A stretch of DNA of 62,059 nucleotides from Octopus bimaculoides. Its lineage: Eukaryota. A program made the position numbers and the translations under genes. A model generated the notes under the pieces. The model saw only the letters and a list, made by a program, of their open reading frames with translations. It made no database searches and had not been told where the DNA came from. Positions 37,911 through 50,040 of the stretch are shown in pieces (positions within the stretch are counted from its first letter, which is position 1; each line of letters begins with the position of its first letter). The stretch is taken from contig NC_068985.1 in NCBI RefSeq assembly GCF_001194135.2, positions 3,781,375-3,843,433 on the forward strand. Direction: 5' to 3'.

Positions 37911-39268
37911 ACAACAATGACATTAACATTAGCATCAGGTCAGCCAATTTTGGTCATTTGAACCAATTCCAGCATTCGCAGAAGCTGTTTCTTCTCTCCG
38001 CCTTTTCTACTACAAACGCTAACTTCTTTTATTTTGAACCTAGACAGCTTCATTAACCATTAACCTTTCACACAGGATCACGAGTCACATCAATTTTAGC
38101 CCCAACCCTTCATCATCTCCCAGATCATGCGCTAATTGCTGCGCAGAATCTCACTGGAACTACAAACCTCTTGAAATGTTACTAGTTCAAGTTTTCTTTT
38201 TCCATTTTGTTGACTTCTGGATATTGGTTAACCTACAGAAATTGAGACTGGACATCAATCAGCCTCGTTAATCACATTAGTCTAGTAAGACCTACAAAGG
38301 TCATGAGTACTGACTGCTCTGGCTTCTTTGATTAACTTCATGAAAAAGAAACATCGACTTCGATGGGAATTCAGCTCTGAATATTAATGAAGCGAAGTAA
38401 ATATTTCAAGGCTGTCTTCTGTCTGCACCTAATAAAGCAGAAGTCGAAGAAAAAAAAAATCAAAAACAAAAACAAATAAAACAAGACAAGAAAACTATGG
38501 ACTGCATGAAATAATGAAAATGGAAGCGAAAGAGCGAATGTAAATAATAAAAAGAGAGACAAAACAGAAAAAAAAAGGAAAAAAAAAATACAAAACAGGA
38601 AAAGTATTAACTAAGAGTTTAAAAGAGAATATGGCAGACTTGAAATAAGAAAATAAGAGACAGAAAAAAAACAGAGATTGAGATGTAAAACGATGTAACA
38701 GTGGAAGAAAGGAATAAAGAAAAAATAGAAATAAATCTTAATAATAAATTGTTTATGCAACAAGTTGTAACAAAGCTCCTGGGAGAGCGCTGAAAAAGAT
38801 TTGTAGAAATGTAATTAGAAACAGGCGATCGTTGTGAACATTGACAAAGATGTCGGCGAGTCGCAGCTGGTCGAATGGTGTAGCTGCTGACAACGAAAGC
38901 GTCGATTGCTCTAATCTCATTGTTGGCACGTTCTGGTTTTTGTAGCTTAATTCTCAAATAGCCATCGATCTTGACGATGAAAAGCATAATTAATGCCTTG
39001 GAGCATTAAACAACTGAAGTAGAATCAAATATGCATCGAAAGAAAAATATCAACTAATGACTAATATTATATTTGTACTTTTCCGTCTGCAATTGCAGAC
39101 GTTCATTTTGTTTCATTTTGTCGTCTGCGGCCATGATGTGGGCCTCCGCCTTCAGGGTTTAGCTAATGATACCAACCTAAATATTTGTTTTACTCTAATA
39201 AATATTCCATCGATAAATATTTAACGAAATGTTAAGTTTCGGAACATAACGAGAGAAGAATATATACA

Positions 39269-39432
39269 ATGGTTTTGTGTTAAGAAACTTGCTTCTCAAC
39301 CACATGGTTCCAGGTTCGGTCCTTCTGCGTGATGCCTTGGGCAAGTGTCTCTTACTATAGCCTCGGGCCGATCAAAGCCTTGTGAATGGATTTGATAGCG
39401 GGAAACTGAAAGAAGATTGCCGTATATATATA
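39269..39432 (+). mobile_element. SINE S3 head
   Basis: aagaaacttgcttctcaaccacatggttccaggttcgg...gggcaagtgtc...gcctcgggccga. Confidence 0.8.
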
Positions 39433-39559
39433 TATGTTTTCTATAGTTTCAGCTCAGAGCTGCGGCCATGCTGATGCACCGCCGACTTTTTTTTTTTTTG
39501 CCAGCATGGAAAACGGACGTTAAACGACGATGATAAGATATTTTTTCACAAAACTTTTG

Positions 39560-39626
39560 ACATCAATCCAGTTACTGGTACTTAATTTATCGACCCCGAA
39601 AGGATGAAGGGCAAAGTCGACCTCGG
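39560..39626 (-). mobile_element. SINE S1 body running into gap
   Basis: actggtacttaatttatcgaccccgaaaggatgaagggcaaagtcgacctcgg. Confidence 0.8.
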
Positions 39627-40489
39627 NNNNNNNNNNNNNNNNNNNNNNNNNNNNNNNNNNNNNNNNNNNNNNNNNNNNNNNNNNNNNNNNNNNNNNNNNN
39701 NNNNNNNNNNNNNNNNNNNNNNNNNNNNNNNNNNNNNNNNNNNNNNNNNNNNNNNNNNNNNNNNNNNNNNNNNNNNNNNNNNNNNNNNNNNNNNNNNNNN
39801 NNNNNNNNNNNNNNNNNNNNNNNNNNNNNNNNNNNNNNNNNNNNNNNNNNNNNNNNNNNNNNNNNNNNNNNNNNNNNNNNNNNNNNNNNNNNNNNNNNNN
39901 NNNNNNNNNNNNNNNNNNNNNNNNNNNNNNNNNNNNNNNNNNNNNNNNNNNNNNNNNNNNNNNNNNNNNNNNNNNNNNNNNNNNNNNNNNNNNNNNNNNN
40001 NNNNNNNNNNNNNNNNNNNNNNNNNNNNNNNNNNNNNNNNNNNNNNNNNNNNNNNNNNNNNNNNNNNNNNNNNNNNNNNNNNNNNNNNNNNNNNNNNNNN
40101 NNNNNNNNNNNNNNNNNNNNNNNNNNNNNNNNNNNNNNNNNNNNNNNNNNNNNNNNNNNNNNNNNNNNNNNNNNNNNNNNNNNNNNNNNNNNNNNNNNNN
40201 NNNNNNNNNNNNNNNNNNNNNNNNNNNNNNNNNNNNNNNNNNNNNNNNNNNNNNNNNNNNNNNNNNNNNNNNNNNNNNNNNNNNNNNNNNNNNNNNNNNN
40301 NNNNNNNNNNNNNNNNNNNNNNNNNNNNNNNNNNNNNNNNNNNNNNNNNNNNNNNNNNNNNNNNNNNNNNNNNNNNNNNNNNNNNNNNNNNNNNNNNNNN
40401 NNNNNNNNNNNNNNNNNNNNNNNNNNNNNNNNNNNNNNNNNNNNNNNNNNNNNNNNNNAACAACAACAACAACAACAACAACAACGACA

Positions 40490-40542
<53 letters not shown>

Positions 40543-41227
40543 CACAGCTACTATTATTACTTTAACTCCTACTATCTTTTTCTTGAATAAGCTAAGAAAG
40601 AAAAACAGCCATATTATGTAACTCAATATACAGATAATGTTGCGGTCGATGGTCGTTTAAACTTCTCCGCCATCATTCAATTAAGCCGACAACTCGTACG
40701 AAGATCTATGTTCTCTGATCTTTTCTGAAAATGCATTTCCAACAAAATAAATTAGAATCATTTGAACGTAAATCATACTATACGTGCTTCATTTAATTAT
40801 CTTCATTCAATTTTCTTACCTGTCAAATCTTGGATAATGCCTTCAAGCCATGCACACTGCTGCTCGCTTTCACGAGAAAAATTCAATGAAAATCTCGTTC
40901 TGATTAAATGTTAGTTATGCATTATTTTCGTACTCCAGAGGGAGTAATTAAAATTTTCTCAATATAAAAGTATCTGGGAATTAAATTTGCAGCAGTTCAA
41001 TATGTATTGGTGACATGCTGAACATTTAATATATTAGCATCCGAGAATTAAACAAAATAGGATCTCTTAGAAATTTACCATTCAATTATTTACGGCTTGG
41101 GACCCTTAAATTTGGAACTCCATAGTCCGGCGCTTCCATAATCTAACAGGTTTTGAATCTGTTGCTATCAGTTTATTGATCAGACACTGAAGCAGATTTA
41201 GTTTTAGACTTTATACAATGTGTTCAT

Positions 41228-41360
41228 AAATTCTTTTCTAATCTAGGCACAAGGCCCGAGATCTTTTTGGGGGACGGGGCCAGTTGATTAGATCGACCTA
41301 GTATGCAACTGGTACTTAATTTATCGAAACCGAAAGGATGAAAGGCAAAGTCGACCTCGA
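41228..41360 (-). mobile_element. 5'-truncated SINE S1 (tail type 1)
   Basis: ttcttttctaatctaggcacaaggccc...aaagtcgacctcg. Confidence 0.85.
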
Positions 41361-41413
41361 GTGTTCTAGTGTTTCTAATAAAACTTTGTTTACCAATAAA
41401 CTCTGCTGAGTAA

Positions 41414-41640
41414 GGGCGGCGAGCTGGCAGAAGCGTTAGCACGCCGGACGAAATGCTTAGCAGTATATCATCTGCCGTTACGTTCTGAGTTCAAAATCCG
41501 CCGTGGTCAACTGTGCCTTTCATCCTTTCGGGAGTCGATTAAATAAGTACCAGTTACGCACTGGGGTCGATGTAATCGACTTAATCCATTCGTCTGTTTC
41601 TGTCCCCTGTTCAGCCCCCCTGTGGGCAATAAAGAAATGA
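41414..41640 (+). mobile_element. Full-length SINE S1 with Tx1-like tail (tail type 2)
   Basis: Head gggcggcgagctggcagaag; 3' end tgtcccctgttcagccccctgtgggcaataaagaaat; 17-bp TSD aataaactctg(c/t)tgagt at 41395-41411 and 41641-41657. Confidence 0.9.
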
Positions 41641-42095
41641 AATAAACTCTGTTGAGTCATCCTTACTTTGTTTCTAATTTTTTTTTTCAAATTCTAAAGG
41701 ATGTTTATGGACAGCTAGTATTAGTCAGGGTCGGTCAACCTTTCTCGAGTTGTGTTGTGTTGATCTCATTTGGGAATTCGGCTGGAGAAAATAAAGATGG
41801 TTGCTTTTGATAAGACTCGAGGAAGGGTGTGCTTGAGGACTCCGATCCTACGGCATTCAGAGGATTAAATGGAAGGAGATGATGAAATGAGAAGAAGGGA
41901 TCAGAGCAAATACTGCGAGACATCGTGTTCCCCGCTCTAATCATTCTGTCAATTCACTTCCCAATAATGTTGCCATATTTTGTTATCGTGAACCAAGTAC
42001 GAATGAAAAGAGAAAAAATGCCGAAGAGGTGAGATGGGACGATGCTATTGGTTGAATGGAGTTAACCAATATCCTCGACCTATCTCACTTATGTA

Positions 42096-42666
42096 CGAGG
42101 ATGTGTCAAAAAGTAATGCCGCCAGTTTGTTTAGGACAGGTATAATTACTAACACAGGAACATGTATCATACATCAAAATGAAGCTGGTCCTCTATGGAT
42201 AGCATCCCCACTTCTCAACATAGTCACCGTTTCTCTCAATAACAATGTTCCACCTTTAAATGAGAGCATGTATCCTTGCCCCGTAAAATTCTGTTACCGT
42301 TCTTTGAGCCACTTCTTCCCTACAGTTTTCACCTCCTCGTCACTGGACTATCATCGTCACTGGACTATCATCTCTTCGGCTCCATGAAAGAGGGTTTGAG
42401 AGGCAAACATTATTCCAGAGACGAGGAAGTGAAAACTGTAGTGAAGAGGTGGCTCAAAGAAATCTGAACAGAAGCTTACAGGGCATAGATACCTGCTCTC
42501 ATTCAAAGGTGGAACATTGCTATTGAGAGGAGCGGTGACTATGTTGAGAAGCAGAGATGTGATCCACAGAGGATCAGCTTCATTTTGATGTATGATACAT
42601 GTTTCTGTGTTGGTAATTATACCTGTCCTAAACAAAATGGAGGCATTACTTTTTTACTCACCCTCG
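42096..42666. mobile_element. Mariner-derived foldback element made of two 3' ends
   Basis: TA-cgagg...cctcg-TA termini; about 245-bp inverted arms; plus strand encodes transposase C-terminus DYHLFGSMKEGLRGKHYSRDEEVKTVVKRWLKE. Confidence 0.88.
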
Positions 42667-43484
42667 TATATAACTGTATTAGACGTCAAAATTGTGATGA
42701 ACTTTCGTCGATAACAGATGGGTGGGGTGGGCATGTCCCCGTCCTTTGTGTGCTTTTTTCTGTTTTCCATGTTCTTCCGTTGTCTTTCTGTGCACCATTT
42801 TACTATGTACACACACACACGCGCGCGCACACACACACACACGCGCACACACACATGTAACTATGTATACCAAAATACACATGTATGCATACAATGCGAA
42901 TGCCTGTTTTTCTGACTTACTGATATTTCTGTGATCATACACGCACACAAACAAACGCCCAAACATACACACAAACACACACACATACCGAGAGAGAGGG
43001 GGTGATAGAAAGAAAGAAAGAGAGAGAGAGACGGGGAAGAGAGAAAGAGAGAGAGACGGGGAAGAGAAAGAGAGAGAGAGAAGACAAGAGCATTTTGTGA
43101 AAGAATTCTAAACATGTCACTTTCTCTCTCCTCCTCTTACTCTCTCCTCCTTTTACTCTCTCCTCCTTCTACTCTCTCTGTATTTCCTCTTTGGTCTGCT
43201 TCCTCTCACCGTTATATTTGTATCACTCCTTGAAAGTCATTTAACGTAAAAACCTATGATAAAACGGCACATTTGTGAAAAGTAGCAGTTTACAAGAATC
43301 TCATTATTTCACAAATTAACCTATGAGCTCTTACAGCTCTCATCTTGCTATGGTTATTTTTATTACAGGTTTGGCTGTTCGCCCACAATCAACAGGGAAT
43401 ATGGATTATTTTAGTGACGAAATCTCCAAAAACTAATTACCAAATGCCACTGCCACTTTGGAAATATTTCTTTCCTTTTGTAAC

Positions 43485-43500
43485 TACACGCACACACACG

Positions 43501-43587
<87 letters not shown>
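43485..43587. repeat. (CA)n microsatellite
   Basis: Direct reading. Confidence 0.95.
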
Positions 43588-43589
<2 letters not shown>

Positions 43590-44739
43590 TACACACGCGT
43601 ACGCACACAATAACTCAGATACACGCACCTATATTGTTAAACGTCCATTTTCCCTTGAAGTATGTGTGTGAGTAACGAAGGCTTGACGTTAACATTTGTG
43701 TAAAAGAGATGGCCAGTATTTCTGCTTCACATAAAATTTCGTAATCGCTTTCATGGCTCCCATAAATTCCATGTTCTTTTCTTGTAACTTAGTGTCGACT
43801 TATCTATAGGATATAAACTCAATTTCAGTTTCACATTGAATTCTAATATTAAGGTGTACTAACTGTTCTAAAACCGTAGCTATAACCATTAGCAAAAATA
43901 TTTGTTACTGAAAACGCGCTTGATGTTTCGTTTAATGTTACGAAATATCGACTTGCTAAAAGATGCAGTACATTTAAATGGAATAAATTTCGAACTACGA
44001 GTTCTTGTCCAGTATTTTAATATATGTTGCAAGTTATATAAACACCGCTATATAAATATTATACCTGTATTATGTTTGCGCAGTGGCATTGCTGATCCTC
44101 CGTGTGTCGTTCCAATTTTAGAATAGGAAGATAGAGCTAAGGAAGATAGAGTCCCTACCACCACCACTACTATCAACACCGCCCCAGAAAACAGAACTAA
44201 ATAGGCAATAAACTCTTCTGACAACATGGTCAGCTTTGTGGAGCAAAGTAACGGCTTGCATATTATGAATATAATCTGTACTTCCACTCTCCACAACGTT
44301 TTGAGTCGGTTGCAATTAGTTTGTGTTTCTGCCACCGAGGTATTTATGATGTGAGGCGCCATATTACGCGAATCAATAAAAGAAAGTTTGGAAGCATTGA
44401 TTTTTGTATTCTATATTGTGTTAAGTAACATATATGTGCAAAGAGCCTTCAGGATAATGTTTACACAGGGGCTACATTTAGCCTTTCTGTTTTCCGACAT
44501 TTTTCCGTGGCTGGTAACGGTTAAGTCCCAATGTTGGCGTGTTTAACAAATCCAACTTTTATTTAGGTTTCTTGTATATCAATGTGCAATAAATCAACTC
44601 CTATCGCAAGCTGACACCTTAATTCGCCAAAACTAATCAAGAAAGTACATAAAACATATTTATAATTCATACATTATGTCTGTACTAACAACACACCTGC
44701 GTAGCAGTTATGTTGTTGTTGTTGTTGTTGCTATTTATG

Positions 44740-45260
44740 TTTCTTTATTATCCACACAGGGCTGAACACAGAGGGGACAAAACACAAAGTAGGGCTTTTC
44801 TTTTTGGGAAGGAAAGAAACAAATCTAAACAAAAGGGAGGGGGGTAGTATTTCGATCAAAAAGGATCGTGGAAAGAAAAGAAAAAGAAGGAAGCCGATCA
44901 ATAGGGATTGTGTATCACAGAAATGTCATAATGTAAAAGGGGAAACAGATTAGGTTTATCCGTGGAAAGAAAAGCCTACTGAAAAGACCCCGGTAACCTC
45001 GGGCAGTAATGTCAAGAAAAAAACACATTACAGCAAGTGACTCTTGCTCGAGGTGGCTCCGTCATTCACACGAGCCATCCTTGCTACATTCACCCATCTT
45101 TTATTGAAACATTCACTAGACAAAACTTCCTTCTCTACTTTCACCTTCCTCTTCAAGAAGTTGATGAGAGATTCACCAGAGAGGAAAGTGTTAAACTCCA
45201 GAAAGAGTCGATTCATGAGCAAAGACGTCCCTGCGTTTTTCAGACATATCGCAATCATAA
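44740..45260 (-). mobile_element. 5'-truncated Tx1-like LINE 3' end
   Basis: ORF 45028-45258 (FNTFLSGESLINFLKRKVKVEKEVLSSECFNKRWVNVARM) is homologous to the 55704 ORF; 3' UTR similar to 55348-55600. Confidence 0.85.
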
Positions 45261-45771
45261 ATATGTGTCTTTATATCTTACAAGTCGTAGAATGAAATTT
45301 CATGCAGATTTCGCTGTTATTTTTGGAGGGGATAGCAACCATTTAAAGCGTCGTTGTGTTGTTGTTGTTGTCACCGCCGCTATTTAACATCAGTTAGATT
45401 TGCTGAGCAGAAATATGATGAACGACATTCCATCTATGACCACCAAGTCGGTCTTTCTTTTTTTAGTGTACCCAGAACTAAATTATCCAATAACTTTCTT
45501 TTTTTGAAAATGCTAAGAAAAAATTTCGTTGAAATTTAGCTGCCATTTCTAGCAGGTCATACATGCATGTATAACCTCTAACTTTTTGTGAAGGAGAAGA
45601 TACATTGTAAGAGCACGTGTCGTACCTCATACACACCAACAGAATATTACGAAATCCCTCCGAGAATAACAAACGTGAGATGAAACAAACCTCGGCTAAA
45701 CTCAGTCAACACAGTAATAGTAGCCATAAGAAATGAATACAAAGAAATCATAAAGACAACTTCAACAGCTT

Positions 45772-46007
45772 ATTTCTTTCTTTATTGCCCACAGGGGGCT
45801 AAACATAGAGGGGACAAACAAGGACAGACAAAGGAATCAAGTCGATTAGATCGATCCCAGTGCGTAACTGGTACTTATTTAATCAACTCCGAAAGGATGA
45901 AAGGCAAAGTCGACTTCGGCGGAATTTGAACTCAGAACGTAACGGCAGACGAAATACCGCTAAGCATTTCGCCCGGCGTGCTAACGTTTCTGCCAGCTCA
46001 CCGCCTT
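45772..46007 (-). mobile_element. Full-length SINE S1 with Tx1-like tail (tail type 2)
   Basis: tttctttctttattgcccacagggggctaaacatagaggggacaaac joined to the S1 body and head. Confidence 0.9.
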
Positions 46008-46689
46008 CCACCAATTGCATATTCTTTTCTACTCTTGGCACAAAGCCCGAAATTCTGGGGTATAAGATATAATCTTACCAATATCTGATTTCGAAGGGCA
46101 AATTAGTGTAACTTGTGAATCAGTATCAAAATTAGATTTGTGGTCTTTAAAATTAATTCTGGCAAGTTTTCGGGGTGTGAGGCTGAGTTCGATCGTCAAT
46201 TTGTAGATCTTCAACTGTCTTTCATAATTAAGTTAATGCTTAGTTCATTGGAGGTAATTTTATAATCCTTTGTAATTTGTCTTTATTTTAGATTGAAGAG
46301 AAGTAACTTTCCAGTTTTAAACGATAAAGATTTTCAGTTTTATCCGCATGAACAAGTATTCTTGATTTACTAATTAATTTTTTCAATAATTGTTGTAATT
46401 TTCTTAGATGCATGTCGTGTATCCATCTATCTATGTATCTATGCCTCCCCCTCTCTCTCTCTCTCTCTCTCTAAATATATATAAGATGGCGGTGGAAACA
46501 ACACAGAAGTAAATTTGAGATATTTTAATTTAGGAAGAAATTAATTAAATGATTTAAAAAAATATTATATATATAGAAAAGAGAAAATATTATCGGTTTC
46601 GATGATGAATTTCATTTGATCAAATATTAAAATAAATTTGGAATTTGAAGTAAAAACAGTTTGTATTTATCTTCTGTTTGGTGGTTAGA

Positions 46690-47600
46690 ACATATCTGAA
46701 GAAAGGCAATTTATTAACAAATATAAGCCACGATTGAATATAGAACGAATCGCTACCAATCAATAAATAAGAACGGACACTTAAAAAAATTTACACTTAC
46801 TAGCGATTGGAAAATACTTTCCATCAATTCTTAAATCTCGCTTTCAGTGTGTGTGTGTCTGCACACACAAACACGCCCCCCACACACAAACACATACATA
46901 CACACAGCTGGAGACACTCGAAAGTAAACATTGCAGTTCAAACCCACGCACACTAAAAAGAAGGAAAACTTTAATTCCTTAATAAAATTCTTAACAAGAT
47001 ATTACAACATACACACCCATTAATACACAGCTGGTCACATTTCAAACATATTGAAAGGACATTCAATACAATTACACACACACACACGGCTGGACATAAA
47101 TCCATTCAATAAATGTTTTTAAGCCACGCCCTCGGCAGGAATCCAAAGAGATTTTTTTAGACAATAGACAACTACACCCCCTTTCTTTCTCTCTAGCACC
47201 TTGAACTCTATACCAAATTATTTACAAACTATATTTAAAGAAGGCTTTACGGAAAAACTCCGGACATGTTCTAACCACGAAACAGAATTAAATGCATAAC
47301 TAGCATAAACACTATTTTCCCCTGATGATGGGAGCATTCTATGGAAATGAATATTAAAATTCATATGTAATCTGCATGAATGTACACCGGAAACGATCGT
47401 TGAAACACCCTATTTTCCTCTAACATGTTATCCAAAACCTTTTTTTAATACCTATTACTTTCTCTGTATTATATTTGGAATTTTTCAAAACGTCTTTTTT
47501 CTGTATTCCATTATTATTTTTATCTATATTCTATTATCATTATGTTTACATATCTATATATCTATATGTCCATGTATATTTTTAGTATTCATATATTTTT
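46690..47600 (+). mobile_element. Penelope-like element 3' remnant (GIY-YIG C-terminus plus pLTR with hammerhead)
   Basis: 46698-46766 translates EERQFINKYKPRLNIERIATNQ*, resembling the E..FI...KP.LN end of PLE GIY-YIG domains; hammerhead-like motif at 47322-47405. Confidence 0.6.
47317..47405 (+). ncRNA. Hammerhead motif with long helix II (family D), degenerate helix I
   Basis: CTGATGA 47322-47328; tgg..cattc / gaatg..ccg closing a ~60-nt helix II; GAAA-cgatcg-TT with palindromic ACGATCGT. Confidence 0.55.
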
Positions 47601-47798
47601 ATATTTTTAATAAATCAATATATGTTTCAGATTGGACAATTCTTATTTTATCCTAATAAAACCCGTATATGTCTGTGTTCATCGTAGTCTGCCTGATTTG
47701 AACCTTTTATATTGTATCTATTATACTTGTCTAGCGCCTCGGGTTCGACTTGAGCACTTCTACGCTCGCTATCTATGTTTTACGAAAAAAAATTATAA

Positions 47799-47834
<36 letters not shown>

Positions 47835-47836
<2 letters not shown>

Positions 47837-48195
47837 CGTTTTTGCATTTGGTTTTCAAGATTCTTTATGTGAGTTCGTGTGTTGAAGCATATTCTTTTGT
47901 GTCTGGAGAGAGTCATTCTCTTTTGGTGTCTTATAATTTAACACACTCACCGGTAAAATTTCAACTTATTTCTTTTTTATTTTTCTAAAATTTTCGTTGC
48001 GTCTTGCAACCTTTTCAATAGTCGTTGACTCTGTCCGGTATCCGAGCTGCGTTCTTTTTGTTTGTTTGTGCGCATGTGTGTGTGCGCATACACATGTATG
48101 TATATATGTATGTGTGTATGTATGCATACATACACACATACATACACATACACACACACACATCAGACATACACACACAAGGAGACAGAGGTACA

Positions 48196-48243
<48 letters not shown>

Positions 48244-48543
48244 TGAATATGTAGAATATATACATNNNNNNNNNNATGCATACATACATACATACATACA
48301 TACATACATACATACATACATACATACATACATGTGTATGCGCATACACACTGACCCACACACATGCGCACAAACAAACATAAAGAACACAGCTCGAATA
48401 ACGGACAGATTCAACGACTATTGAAAAGGTTGCAAGACGCAACGAAAATTTTAGGAAAAATAACTGAGTGGAAACTTTACCGGTGAGTGTGTTAAATTAT
48501 AAGGTACTAACAGAGAATGACTCTCCCCAGACACAACAATATG
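47835..48543 (-). mobile_element. Foldback element (family G) inserted in (TA)n, with degenerate hammerhead-like motif in both arms
   Basis: Arms about 47888-48160 and 48276-48543, non-identical; unpaired 47835-47887; (TA)n on both sides; cta-TTGAAAA-g-gttgc(aagac)gcaac-GAAA-att-t-tag at 48418-48454. Confidence 0.7.
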
Positions 48544-48587
48544 TATATATATATATATATATATTGTTATATATATATATTGTTATA

Positions 48588-48738
48588 TGCTTCTTTCATT
48601 TTCCGTCTACCGTATCCACTCACAAAGCGTTGGTCGACCCGCAGCATATAGTAAAAGACACTTGCACAAGGTGCTGTGCAGTGGGACTGAACCTGGAACC
48701 ACGTGGCTGGAAAGCAAGCTTCTTCTCACACAGCCACT
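48588..48738 (-). mobile_element. SINE S3 head
   Basis: cagtgggactgaacctggaaccacgtggctggaaagcaagcttctt. Confidence 0.8.
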
Positions 48739-49150
48739 GTATACACACTCACATACATAGGCACACACACATACGCAGACACATAAACATACAGACACAC
48801 GCAGACATATATATGTATGCATGTATGTATGTATATTTGTATAGCTGTTTGTATGTATGTATGTATGTATGTATGCATGTATGTATGTATGTATGTATGT
48901 ATGTTTGTATCCACAGTTAGGCATTGTAGTTCTCAAAGACGAAGTGCACTCGCTTTTATGTAGATATTTCAAACGTTCTAATCCATTCTCGCAAATAGCA
49001 GCAGCGTTCTTATGTATTGGAAGAACTATCTTCCTTTTGCTATTGCTGTTGAAGCCATAATTGAGAGACTTATCTTCGAAACGGATGACACACAGCCTTA
49101 TTCCAGATTCTACATCTATTAGATACTGACATTGTTTCTAACACAAATGT

Positions 49151-49490
49151 GGAAACGCGTGGCTTAATGGTTAGTGTCATGCAGTTCTCAGTCATAGGGC
49201 CATGAGTTCGATTCCCGGCGGCACGTTGTGTCCTTGAGCAAGACATTTATTCCACGTTGCTCTAGTCCATTCAGCTGGCAAATATGTGTAGCACCTGTAA
49301 TTCAAAGGGCCAGCCTTGTCACATTTTGAGTCACGCTGAATCTTCCTGAGAACTACATTAAAAGGATGATGCGTGTCTGAGAACTACATTAAAAGGGTGC
49401 TCAACCGCTTGCTCATTAATTTCACAATCAAGTTTTTCCGCTGACCGGTTCAAATGGAACACTCGTCGTCGTAACCAACAGAGCATCGGT
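49151..49490 (+). mobile_element. SINE S2
   Basis: gcgtggcttaatggttag...gagttcgattccc...ccttgagcaagac...gtcgtcgtaacc; internal 19-nt duplication tgagaactacattaaaagg. Confidence 0.85.
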
Positions 49491-49702
49491 TAACCCTTTA
49501 CTACAAATACAAATAACCATTGCCTACATAAACGTGCATGTCCATTCGACAGTGACCCACGTTATAACGTAATTGGCAAAACAGTTGGCAGCTGTGAATG
49601 CATCTCTTAAACGATGCGGCAAACTCACACAGCTATGTAAAATCATGCATGTTTGAAAAGCGAAAAGGAAAAACAAAAATCACCCAAACCAGATAAAAGT
49701 TA

Positions 49703-50040
49703 AAGTAGTTGTATGCTGTCAACTTAATGTGGCAGTCCCCTGAAGGGAATACTACTACTGTTGGTTAGACCTAGGAAGCTGCACCGCTTCCTGTCGGCCT
49801 TGACAATTTCCTGTGTCCTTATGTTTACAAGCACCTCCACCCAGCACTCTCCCCCTTGTAAACATAAGGACACAAGAAATGTGTCAAGGCCGGCAGGAAG
49901 CGGTGCAGCTTCCTAGGTCTAACCAACAGTAGTATTATTCCCTTCAGGGGACTGTCACATTAAGTTGACAGCATACAACTACTTCATCGTATCACTACTG
50001 CATAAATCTCTCGGAGATTTAGAAATGTATTATTTCTAAA
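49703..50040 (+). mobile_element. Foldback retroelement, family A copy 2
   Basis: Arms 49703-49831 and 49855-49984 (5 differences by my count); tail 49985-50040; 13-bp TSD cagataaaagtta at 49690-49702 and 50041-50053. Confidence 0.88.

Noticed and set aside
44065-44227. Putative minus-strand first exon encoding a hydrophobic segment (MLSEEFIAYLVLFSGAVLIVVVVVG...)
   Set aside because: The hydrophobicity partly derives from a (GGT)n run and an internal 12-nt duplication; no homology recognised and no partner exon. Needs RNA-seq.
49035-49090. ctgttgaag...cttcgaaacg family C-like core
   Set aside because: Helix II is poorly paired, there is no UH site, and the flanks do not match family C.
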